A stretch of DNA of 64,000 nt, from NCBI GenBank assembly GCA_951406725.2, contig OX597834.1:30690001-30754000 (forward strand), in the 5' to 3' direction. This DNA comes from Octopus vulgaris. Lineage: Eukaryota. The translations under genes were made by a program, and so were the position numbers. The stretch's first letter is position 1. Every line of letters begins with the position of its first letter. The notes beneath the pieces were generated by a model that saw only the letters and a list, made by a program, of their open reading frames with translations, searched no databases and was not told the DNA's origin. This document shows, one piece after another, positions 1-11,947 of the stretch.

Positions 1-23
1 CACATACATATACTTACATGTAT

Positions 24-90
<67 letters not shown>

Positions 91-685
91 CATATATTTA
101 CATGTATACACTCATATACACCTCCCTCTTTGACAATTCCTCTTACTTTCTCTCATACAGCTCTCTCTCTCTCTCTCACACACACAATCCTCCACCCAAT
201 CCTCTCACCTACAAACCATCTTTCTACTCTCCACAAGATTAGACTATTTTTCAGTTAATTGAACTCTTCCACCACCACTACCACCCTCACACACACACGT
301 GTGTGTGTGTGCATGCATGCAGCCAACTTTGCACCAAATACCATCCGTCTGGTTTTGTCCTCACCCCTCCTTTTTTTCCCTGGCCCTCCCTCCTTGTATT
401 GCTCTCTCACTCTCGCTGTCTCTCTCTCTCCTTACTCTCTATCTCTCTCTCTCGTTGTTTGTCTGTGACTTTTCTCTCTCCCTCTATCTTTCTCGATGTC
501 TCTCTCACTCTTTTTGGTGGTCGTTTCTCTCTCACTCTCTCTCTCACCACTTCCAAAATAATCTCATAAAATTCTCTTATTTTATTCAGAAAAATCAACA
601 TTCAAAGACATCTCCAACCTACAACATGTCTCCACTAACCTTCTGCACTAACTTCAATTCAAACATTCTTTGTTTTTCATACGTG

Positions 686-735
<50 letters not shown>

Positions 736-798
736 GTGTATATGTATGCATGTGTGTAAATATATGTAAGCAGGTGACAGTTTGTGTGTGTGTGTGTG

Positions 799-862
<64 letters not shown>

Positions 863-866
863 AAAT

Positions 867-904
<38 letters not shown>

Positions 905-935
905 AAATATCTGTATGTACATGTGTGTATATATG

Positions 936-968
<33 letters not shown>

Positions 969-1093
969 TTTTATGTATGTATGCATATATATATAGAGAG
1001 AGAGAGACAGTTTTGTGCCATTTCATGGGCTCCTAAGGAGCGTTTTGTTCGAATACCTTGCTGCGCATTTGTTTTGGATTTTTAAATTCCTGG

Positions 1094-1179
1094 ATTTTCC
1101 TGAAGAGAATGCTGCAAAATGGTCTCCTTATTCAATCTGAATTTGGAAATTTGCGGCCTTTGAAACATGTGTAGAAAAT
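1094..1179 (+). ncRNA. Minimal type I hammerhead ribozyme (Penelope-like element type)
   Basis: Stem I attttc(1094-1099)/gaaaat(1174-1179); core CTGAAGA(1100-1106); stem II gaatgctgcaaa...tttgcggccttt; GAAAC(1162-1166)-atgt-GTA(1171-1173) with a self-complementary ACATGT stem III. Confidence 0.72.
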
Positions 1180-1275
1180 AATAAAAGGAATTCTGTAGAA
1201 TCTTCGTTCAGCTCCATTTCTTCCCTTCACTAAATATATATATATATATATATATATATTTTTATGTATGTATGC

Positions 1276-1388
<113 letters not shown>

Positions 1389-1401
1389 TATGTATGTATG
1401 C

Positions 1402-1433
<32 letters not shown>

Positions 1434-1583
1434 ATGCATATATGTTCCCTGCTCACCATAACTCGGATGCAGCTGTGCATTGTTAACCAAGTAGGGGAGA
1501 TGTCCTCTTGGTGTTAAAAATTCACAGTAAAGTCCATTCAAACGGTCAGTCATGTTGAAGTGGCTACGAAAATTAATCATATG

Positions 1584-1661
<78 letters not shown>

Positions 1662-1664
<3 letters not shown>

Positions 1665-1890
1665 CGGCAAGCTGGCAGACACGTTAGCACGCCGGGCGAA
1701 ATGCTTAGCAGTATTTCGTCTGTCGTTAAGTTCTGAGTTCAAATTCCGCCGTAGTCGACTTTGCCTTTCATCCTTTCGGGGTCGATAAATAAAGTACCAG
1801 TTTCACACTGGGGTCGATGCAATCGGCTTAATCCCTTTGTCTGTCCTTGTTTGTCCCCTCTATGTTTAGCCCCTTGTGGGTAGTAAAGAT
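1662..1890 (+). mobile_element. tRNA-derived SINE family B (MetaSINE-like core)
   Basis: Head ggcggcaagctggcagacacgttagc, B box gagttcaaattcc, core gtcgactttgcctttcatcctttcggggtcgataaa. Many copies in the window. Confidence 0.8.
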
Positions 1891-2229
1891 ATATATATAT
1901 TATCCTTCGAAACGTAGAGTAGATGAAACCATAGCGATTGAAGAAGGGGTTTTTTCTTTGTGTTAATTGTCCTGTACTCCATTTTTTGTTGTTTTTAAAA
2001 AAATGTCCAGTTCCTTTGGTTTGTGTCTATGTTTTCGTTTCTCTTTGTGTTCGACGTCCCTTTGGTGTCCTGTACTCATATATGCGTGTATATGTACATG
2101 TAGAGGTAGGTACGTTCATATATGTTTATATATATGCATATGTTTTATTTCATTTATTAATATATATATATGCATGTATGCATATATATATATATATGTC
2201 TCTGCATGTATATTTTTATGGAACAGCTT

Positions 2230-2600
2230 TTGGGAGGTGGCTGCAGATTTACTAGGGTGCCAAGGATTCTTTCCCATCCCAGTTACAAAGAAAATGGATA
2301 TTATAATAGGGTGTGAAACAAGGAAAGGGTCAAGTTAACGGTCCTTCACGAAGTTAACATGGATGCCACTCAGGCTCAAAAGTTGGACCATTATGTAAAC
2401 TCCCTCAAGGAATCTGAAGATGCAGGCTGGAAAGTCAGATGTAGAGGGTTTCATTGGACACAGTGTGAAGCAACTGATGTTATTGTTGGGTGTAACTCAC
2501 TGTAAAGCAAGTACCATCATGAGTGGTATCCAAACTGCAGTGGAAAAGTCAAGCGACTGGATGTGGTTAAAAAGAGACGATGAGCAATGGCTAGAAGAAT
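2230..2600 (+). mobile_element. Remnant of a REL-endonuclease non-LTR retrotransposon (Hero/NeSL-like), C-terminus
   Basis: Frameshifted WEVAADLLG..FFP..DIII...KLTVLHEVNMDATQAQKLDHY...GWKVRCRGFIGHS...AVEKSSDWMWLKRDD resembles the PD...ELTVPWE...K..KY...VGCRGF...SSxWLWLKR pattern. Confidence 0.7.
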
Positions 2601-2780
2601 ATATTGAGCTAGATCTCATAACCAGTTGATTGAGCAATTGGGGCTTCATTTCAATGATGCCGTTGAGAAGTAGGCCCTGAAACAGCACACATTTTCTCCT
2701 GAAAACAACATACACTTGCTGGCTTCTGGTATGCAGAGTTTTTGACTGGTAGCACTTGCATGTGCAAGCTGTTTGCAAAA

Positions 2781-2822
<42 letters not shown>

Positions 2823-2825
<3 letters not shown>

Positions 2826-3190
2826 CGCAGGAGTGGCTGTGTGGTAAGTAGCTTGCTTACCAACCACATGGTTCCGGGTTCAGTCCCACTGCGTGGCACC
2901 TTGGGCAAGTGTCTTCTACTATAGCCTCGGGCCGACCAATGCCTTGTGAGTGGATTTGGTAGACGGAAACTGAAAGAAGCCTGTCGTATATATGTATATA
3001 TATATGTATGTGTGTGTGCTTGACAACCGATGCTGGTGTGTTTACGTCCTCGTCACTTAGCGGTTCGGCAAAAAGAGACCGATAGAATAAGTACTGGGCT
3101 TACAAAGAATAAGTCCTGGGGTCGATTTGCTCGACTAAAGGCGGTGCTCCAGCATGGCTACAGTCAAATGACTGAAACAAGTAAAAGAGT
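2823..3190 (+). mobile_element. tRNA-derived SINE family A (internal TA/TG microsatellite, aagtaaaagagt tail)
   Basis: A box tggctgtgtggtaag, B box gggttcagtccc; near-identical to about 10 other copies in the window. Confidence 0.85.
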
Positions 3191-3288
3191 ATATATATAT
3201 AAGGATAAGATCGTTAATTTAAAAATAAAATAACAATTTTATCAAGTGGTCAGCATGGAAAAAATAACCTTCAAAGGTAATAATTATT

Positions 3289-3438
3289 AAAATTATAAAT
3301 TAGGGTATCTACAAGATACCACCATGCTGAAAATAGCAGCCATAATCTGACTTTAAAACTTTAGGTGGTTTTAAAGTCAGATTATGGTTGCTATTTTCAG
3401 CATCGTGGTATCTCGTAGATACCCTAATTTATAATTTT
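3289..3438. repeat. Near-perfect fold-back, about 71-bp arms with an 8-nt loop
   Basis: Arms 3289-3359 and 3368-3438 are reverse complements with 3 mismatches. Confidence 0.9.
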
Positions 3439-3889
3439 TTTATATATATATATATATACACACATACATATATATGTATGTGTGCATGTATATTTTTGTG
3501 TGTATATACATATATATACTCACATACATATATATATATACACACGTTTGTGCACATATGTTTCTATGTATCTGTGTGTGTATAATTGTTTGTTTCTTTA
3601 TCAACTTTGTTTCTTAATTACGGTATACCTCAGTTTCTAATTAAGACAAGATAACCAAACCGCCACCACCACCCACTTTTATGCTATTACAACCACATAA
3701 ACCATGCCATCTCTGCAATCATTGCTATACCACAAGATACAGTACCTCACCTGACCTCACTATCTCCTCTCCTCACCTTCAGCATTACTAGAGAGTCTCA
3801 ATTACATTTCATTCATTCACGTGCCTGCTTAACTTCCATATTTCCATGCCAGCATGGGTTAGATGAGAAATTATTTCAGGCAGGATTTT

Positions 3890-4250
3890 ACGACCATGCC
3901 AGCACCGCCTCGACTGGCTTCTGTGCTGGTGGCACATAAAAAGCACCATCCGAACGTGGCCGATGCCAGCACCGCCTTGGCTGGCTTCCGTGCTGGTGGC
4001 ACGTTAAAAGCACCAACCGATCGTGGCCGATGCCAGACTCCCCTGGCACCTGTGCAGGTGGCACGTAAAAAGCACCCACTACACTCGTGGAGTGGTTGGC
4101 GTTAGGAAGGGCATCCAGCTGTAGAAACACTGCCAGATCAGACTGGAGCCTGGTGCAGCCTCCTGGCTTCCCAGACCCCGGTCGGACCGTCCAACCCGTG
4201 CTAGCGCGGAAAACGGACGCTAAACGATGAGGATAATGATGATGATGATG
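3890..4250 (+). mobile_element. Non-autonomous RTE-related element with (TGA)n tail
   Basis: Repeated tgctggtggcacgtaaaaagcacc units, gttggcgttaggaagggcatccagctg, tail ggacgctaaacgatga. Related copies at 23280-23480, 35660-35938, 38950-39402 and 48350-48548. Confidence 0.65.
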
Positions 4251-4829
4251 TGTTGTTCTTATCACTAACCCTTGATTGCTTTTTAAGTAAAGGATTTCCT
4301 TTTTCTTCTGCAGGACTTTCAAAGTGACCAGTGATTGGCCATACTGTCAACAACAACTGTAAACACCAGATCACCATTTGGCTCAGGCAATGACAAATGC
4401 AGCTGTGGAATATGTCTTCTGTTACCTCTAAATCTGTCTCTCTCTTTCTCTCTCTTTTGCCTTCCTCCCTCTCTTTCCATCCCTAATACTTCACTTCCTA
4501 TCTGTCCTTCTCTCATCTCCAGTCCTACAGGACATTTTCCTTTGCCTTTCTCCACATCTGCCTGTCTTGCAGCTGTACAGCTTTTTTTGTTGTTGTTGTT
4601 GTATATGTACATTATATTTTGTCATGTTTGTTTTTGTCATTGTCCTGTACATTCTTTAGCTATTCCCAGAAGCTTTTCACCACTGGCACCATCAAGAGTG
4701 AACAATATCAACATTGAAGATGCGAAATTGTAAGGATCTTTTGGATGCTGCCTGATGAGGAATTAGCCATAATTTTGTTATGTTTTTGTAAAATTTTCTG
4801 TTTTTGTGAATTTTTGAAACATATATATA

Positions 4830-5006
4830 TATAAACAACTTATAAACAAGGGCAAAAGAAAAAAATCTCAATGCCAAATATGCCAACATAGACTTAATCG
4901 TCAATAACCAAATAATTTATCACTATGGTTATTGACGATTAAGTTTATTTCGGCATATTTGGCTTTGAAATTGTTTTATTTTGCCCTTGTTTATAAGTTG
5001 TTTATA
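4830..5006. repeat. Fold-back with about 80-bp imperfect arms, next to (TA)n
   Basis: tataaacaacttataaacaagggcaaaa...ttaatcgtcaataacca is mirrored by tggttattgacgattaa...ttttgcccttgtttataagttgtttata. Confidence 0.85.
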
Positions 5007-6665
5007 AATTTAACCTTTAATGATATTTTTTTAATATGCTGGCCATTGATAAAATTTTTTCAAAAATGTTATCCTATATTAGATGTATATATATATATAT
5101 GTTTACAATACCAGGACTTTAACCCACAAAAGAGGAAACAGATGTTTATGAAGATATCCTCTGGTCAATGAATCACCAATTGATGTGGAGGTGGGTTTAA
5201 TAACTTCAGTTTAAAAGGGACAGATGACAGGAAGGGCGGTGTTGTGGGGAATGGAGTGAATTTACTACAGCCCCGAGATGGAATGTGGTGCAGCAATTTG
5301 CTTCAATAGGACAACAGAAAATCAACATCAGTTTGTCAATTACACCTCACCTCTCTCTCTCTGTCTTTCATATATAAATACACACACACACACTTATATA
5401 TACAGAAAGACAGACAGACAGAGATATATTAGACCACCCACCACTAGATCTCTTTTGCAAACATTCATAAATAAGACAATTTATTATGTTTATTATGCAG
5501 GGACAATTTATTATGTTGCATCAGTCCACTCAGCTGGCAAAAAATAAGTAGTACCTGTAATTCAAAGGGGCCAGCCTCGTCACACTCTACGTCACGCTGA
5601 ATCTCCCTGAGAACTATATTTAGGGTACACATGTCTGTGGAGCGCTCAGCCACTTGTATGTTAATTTCACAGTGTGCTCCTCTCCTCCTCCTCTCTCTCT
5701 CTATATATATATACATACACAGATAAAGAGATTATCTTTTTACTCATTTTACACACATACACACACCACTTCATCAAACCTTAAGAATTTACACCTTCTC
5801 CCTCTCTCTCTCCCTTACATACATACATGTGTGTGTGTGTGTATGCACAGAGGAGTAGTTGAGAATGAGAGAGAGAAAATAAAGAGACAGACAGACAGAC
5901 ACATAGAGAGAATAGAGGGAGAAGGCCTGGATTGTCAAATGAATTCATTTCTAAATGAATATAAATAAAGGAAGGTCAAAGATCAGAGAGAATAGCATCT
6001 GCTGCCAGGGAAACAGTATGTTATGGGGATGTGTGTGGGTGTGTGTACGAGTATGTAGAGGTAGATGCACATATGTGTAGACATGTGAGTATATAGACAA
6101 GTATATGTGTATGTATAGACACACACACACATGGTCAGAATAGATGTGGGTGTGTGTGTAGACAAATAAAAGTATAAATGTGTTTATTTTTGTCTAGGTG
6201 TGAGCTAGTCATCTTGTTTAGTCCCAAGTCAGCCCTGATTGAGCAGGCCTGATATCAAGGGCATTCCATCCATGACCATCCCATCATTTTTCCTAAATGC
6301 AGAGAATCCCAATACCACCTGCTGAATCTTTTGGATGGTTTCAGTTTCACCAAGATTCTGCCAAAACTTGACGCAATATCTCTGATCGATGTGTTTGGTC
6401 CTCTTGCATGGAAACTAAAATCTGACAACACATTTGTACTCTAGGCATAACAGCTGGGGGTCTGACATGGCCTACCATTATGAAAGTTTTCACAAACGCA
6501 GAGGAAAGAATGGCATCACCTTTCATCCAAAGGATTTTGCGCATATGGCATTAGTTTTGGTAATAAAAATGAAGTTGGATATGTCTTGCACGCACTTTGT
6601 ATCCTCTCAAATACTGGGCCTTTTCCAGTATGGTGGAACTGTTTCTTGCATGGTTGTGTGATTAA

Positions 6666-6885
6666 CCCTTTCGTTACCAACCCGGCTGAAACCGGCTCTG
6701 GCTCTGAGTACAAATGTCTTGTTTTCATAAGTTTTGAATTAAAATCTTCCACCAAACCTTAGTCAAAATTTATGTTCCTAACACTAGCTGAATGATAACT
6801 AAGTTATTTTACTAAATTTTTTGTTATATTTAAAGTAATTGAAAGGAACATAGATTATATCAAAATAGATGCAGTAATGAAAGGG
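6666..6885. mobile_element. piggyBac-like MITE
   Basis: TTAA on both sides (6662-6665, 6886-6889); TIRs ccctttcgttac / gtaatgaaaggg. Confidence 0.8.
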
Positions 6886-7196
6886 TTAAGAAGCTTCTTT
6901 GCAAACCATGTGGTCTAAGGTTCAGTCCCTCAACATAGCACCTTGAGCAAATGTCTTCTACTGTAGCCCCAGAACCAAGCTTTGTGAGTGGATTTGGTTT
7001 ATAGAAACTGAAAGAAACTTGTTGGATGCCCTTCCGGACATCATCTCCTGTCTCTTTCTGTATGGCAGAATGGTAAGCTGCAAGACATTGCCAATGCATC
7101 ACTTAATTGCCAGCATTGCCTGAGTGGTGTTGATGCAGAAACGCACAGTCAGAAAACACACACACACTTATATACACATACTGTATGTGTATCGCT

Positions 7197-8819
7197 TGTG
7201 CCAAATTTTGGCATTGAAAGCTACACCAATGCCAGAACGGGATGACACTGCATAGTGCCAAAGATCCCAGCAATGCCAGAACGGGACGACACTGCATAGT
7301 GCCAAAGATCCCAGCAATGCCAGAACGGACGACACTGCATAGTGCCAAAGATCCCAGCAATGCCAGAATGGGACAACACTGCATAGTGCCAAAGATCCCA
7401 GCAATGCCAGAACGGACGACACTGCATAGTGCCAAAGATCCCAGCAATGCCAGAACGGGACGACATTGCATAGTGCCAAAGATCCCAGCAATGCCAGAAC
7501 AGGACGACACTGCATAGTGCCAAAGATCCCAGCAATGCCAGAACAGGACGACACTGCATAGTGCCAAAGATCCCAGCAATGCCAGAACGGGACGACACTG
7601 CATAGTGCCAAAGATCCCAGCAATGCCAGAACGGGACGACACTGCATAGTGCCAAAGATCCCAGCAATGCCAGAACAGGACGACACTGCATAGTGCCAAA
7701 GATCCCAGCAATGCCAGAACGGGACGACACTGCATAGTGCCAAAGATCCCAGCAATGCCAGAACGGGACGACACTGCATAGTGCCAAAGATCCCAGCAAT
7801 GCCAGAACAGGACGACACTGCATAGTGCCAAAGATCCCAGCAATGCCAGAACGGGACGACACTGCATAGTGCCAAAGATCCCAGCAATGCCAGAACGGGA
7901 CAACACTGCATAGTGCCAAAGATCCCAGCAATGCCAGAACGGGACGACACTGCATAGTGCCAAAGATCCCAGCAATGCCAGAACAGGACGACACTGCATA
8001 GTGCCAAAGATCCCAGCAATGCCAGAATGGGACAACACTGCATAGTGCCAAAAATCCCAGCAATGCCAGAACGTGACGACACTGCATAGTGCCAAAGATC
8101 CCAGCAATGCCAGAACGGGACGACACTGCATAGTGCCAAAGATCCCAGCAATGCCAGAACGGACGACACTGCATAGTGCCAAAGATCCCAGCAATGCCAG
8201 AATGGGACAACACTGCATAGTGCCAAAGATCCCAGCAATGCCAGAACGGACAACACTGCATAGTGCCAAAGATCCCAGCAATGCCAGAACGGGACGACAC
8301 TGCATAGTGCCAAAGATCCCAGCAATGCCAGAACAGGACGACACTGCATAGTGCCAAAGATCCCAGCAATGCCAGAACGGGACGACACTGCATAGTGCCA
8401 AAGATCCCAGCAATGCCAGAACGGGACGACACTGCATAGTGCCAAAGATCCCAGCAATGCCAGAACGGGACGACACTGCATAGTGCCAAAGATCCCAGCA
8501 ATGCCATCACGCTTCAGGACCAGTTACTGCAACAGCCTGGGTTTCAAGGGCCCACAGCTTTTTAATATTCTCCCAAAGAGTCTGAGGAACTTGCACAAAG
8601 TAGATGTAGGGGTTTTTAAATCAAAGCTGGACCTCTTCCTGCCGAGAGTCCCAGATGAGCCTACCTCACAGCAAGAGGTGCAAATGAGGGTTGCTATATC
8701 AAACTCCATTCTTCATCAAGTGGCACATATTAGAGGAGGCTCCTAGTAATTACAGTGTAGTGCAAAACGGTGGTGCATCAGCATGGCCGCAGCTCTGAGC
8801 TGAAACTTTAAAAAAAAAA
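7197..8819 (+). mobile_element. 5'-truncated CR1/L2-group LINE (ORF2 C-terminus + 3' tail), interrupted by an internal minisatellite
   Basis: With one repeat unit retained it reads VPNFGIESYTNARTGRHCIVPKIPAMPSRFRTSYCNSLGFKGPQLFNILPKSLRNL...FKSKLDLFLPRVPDEP...*, followed by a tail and poly(A). Confidence 0.75.
7227..8506. repeat. 44-bp minisatellite, 29 units (caatgccagaacgggacgacactgcatagtgccaaagatcccag)
   Basis: Units counted directly; four are 43-bp variants. No spacers. Confidence 0.97.
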
Positions 8820-9618
8820 TACATTGTCACAGACACACATACTCACACACATACATACTTATACATGTATACATACACAGACGAGTGTATGAACGCACAC
8901 ACAAACAGTCACTAAATGAGCTCCCAGAGTTGTCCTTCTTCACTAATTCCGTTCACAAGACGGGTCAGTCAACCCATGGATGTGTGGGAATGACCAAATT
9001 AGCAAATGGTGACCAAGAAGTCACAAGTTAGGAGGGTCTAGAGTCTCTCACAGACACTACATTGTTTCCATGAGCAGGACACTTCATTCTTAACAACTCA
9101 CGAAACACGTAATCCACTTAGCCATCACACACATACACACATGCGCGCACGCACATACACACGCACACACACGTTTCTAGTCATTCAAAAAGAAAAATCT
9201 AACAATAGGCAAACATAACACATACATAATAATAAAAAAAAAATGATACAAAGAACCTTTTATAAACACCTCAGATGTAATAATGAAGACTGAAGTGGGT
9301 AGTGTGGGGGGGGAGGAGGTGAGCAGGAAAGATAAGTCACAGAGATGGTGAGAAGGATAATTACGGGGAGGGGGGGGGAGTGAGTGATGATGGTTATGGT
9401 GGTGGTGATGGTGATGATGATGAGTATTGGTGAAGACGATGGTGGTGGTGGTGGTGGTGGTGGTAATGATACCAATAGAGTTGATGACGATGGCAATGAT
9501 GATGATGCTGCTGTATGCATAGATATGTACATTTGTGTTCTGAATCCTCTTACTGCATGTGTGCATATGTGCATAAGCATGCATCTCAGTCTCTCTCTCT
9601 GTTATGTAGTACATCACA

Positions 9619-9650
<32 letters not shown>

Positions 9651-10502
9651 AAGCATGCTTTTCTGTCTACATTGTTTTATAGGTGTGTGTAGTAGTAGTA
9701 GTAGTAGTGATAGTGGTGGTGGTAGTAGAATGGCAGTGCTGATGATGATGATGATGATGGTAGTGATGGGGATAACGATAGAGATCATTGTGGTGGTGGT
9801 GGTGTTGGTGGTGTCTAAGGGATGACAAAGGTGTAAGGATGGCGACAGCGTTGTCGGCAGCAGTGATGATTACAACGAAGATAACGAAGAAGAAGAGAAA
9901 AATCATGGAAGACGGATATGAAGAAGTCTTCGCAATAATCAAAGAAATGCAAAAAGAACAACAACAACAGCAACAACAACAACCACCAGAAGAGTGTGTC
10001 TAGGAGTGGAAAGCAGAGCGGCGCAGAAGACTTTAGCGCCGTGATAGATTAATAAATAGTGTGTTGTAAGGTGGAGAAAGTCTTTAGACTATTGGTTGGC
10101 GGAATTGGCAGCGGTGCCGGTGTATTGGAAAACAAGATCTATGGCCAAAGAGAGAAGGGAGCAGTTCTGTGAGTCATAGAAACTGGCTTGTGACTGAGGG
10201 GGGAGGAGGGTGGGAGCAGAGCTGGTGGTGGTGGTGAGTCAAGATCATCTCAAATACACAAACACTGTATGTTCATAAAGCTTGCATATACACAGTGTGT
10301 GTCACACACATACAAACACACACACAAAAAATTTACACATCTACACGCCTGCACCTATAAAACGACATAGGTAAGAGAAGCATGCTTACACACAAACACA
10401 CGCACACACACACACACACACAATGTACTGCATGCCAATGCACAAACACACAGACAGAGGAATCAGAACACATGCGCATATCGCTAATAAACACACACAC
10501 AT

Positions 10503-10542
<40 letters not shown>

Positions 10543-10647
10543 AGTAGAAGGATACAAACAAAAGAGCATTTAATACAGATGTGTGTGTGTGTATATATAT
10601 ACTCACACACATACACACACACATATATACACACACACACATACACA

Positions 10648-10724
<77 letters not shown>

Positions 10725-11633
10725 ATTTGTAGAGAGGCAGTCAATGACTCACATGGTGATTACTCAGAGTTTCATTGGCACTAAAGTGTGTTCCTTATTG
10801 ATCAGATGTCCATGATGAATCTCTATCTAAGTGTGTGTGTGTGTGTCTGTGTGTGTGTGTGTATGTATGTGTGTGTGAAGACATACACAAATTCATAGAA
10901 TAGACTTTAAGATGATGATGATGAATACCTTCACACACACACAGGGAAACATACAAATACTGAATATTAAGTGATACACATACAGACACACACACACAGA
11001 AACAAATACTAAATACTAAGCGATACACATACAGACACACACACTTACACAGCCACATACAGAGGCATACACACACACACAGACATACAAGCACTCACAG
11101 AGAGACACACACACACACTTCTAAAACAAAATTAATTTGCAGCACAAAGTCACAAACAACAAAGGAAATATAGAGCTGAATACATTGACCCCAATACATA
11201 ACTGGTACTAATTTTATTTCCGCCTCCCCTGCCTGACACTCTTCCAAAAGGATGTGAGTGAAACTGACCTCACTGGAATTCAAACTAAAAACATAAAACT
11301 ATAACACACACACACATTGTGAATACAAGGAGAGCTGTGCAGTTAGGAGGCTTATTTTGTAACTATGAAGTTTGGGGTTCAATCCCATTGCAAGGCAATA
11401 TTCTACTAAAAACCTTGAACTGACCAATGCCATATGAAGGAATTTGAAAACCTGTCGTGTGTGTGTTTGAAAAAATGAATAAGAATAGATTCTCTGATAA
11501 TTTTTTCACTTAAATAATCAGATGTTTAAAAATCAGCAAGTGTTAATTATAAAAGTGGAATAATTATCAGAAAAGTCAATTCATTTTTTTTTCCAAATAT
11601 GCTGTACCAAGGACTTACTATTTCTTACTCTAC

Positions 11634-11665
<32 letters not shown>

Positions 11666-11903
11666 TATACACACACACACATGTATATATATATACTTTA
11701 TTTGGAGGTTAACAAGGCTACCAAAGGTTTCATGTGAGTGAAATCCCTTAGCAATTATCAGGCCTGCTAAATGGAGACATTGGTACCAAGGTTCCCATAT
11801 GGCAGGCTTGAAAATTGTTACGAGATCCTTGTTTACATGACACCATCGGTAGCCTTATCGATCCACAAATGCAGTGTTGAGGACTTTTATTCTCACTGAA
11901 CAA

Positions 11904-11947
<44 letters not shown>

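Noticed and set aside
2823-2900. tRNA-like heads with A and B boxes (here and in other SINE copies)
   Set aside because: These are SINE heads attached to repeat bodies, not complete cloverleaf tRNA genes.
7103-8510. Three 429-457 aa minus-strand ORFs; CRISPR-like regularity
   Set aside because: Stop-free 44-bp tandem repeat read in all frames; no unique spacers and no cas genes; eukaryotic context.
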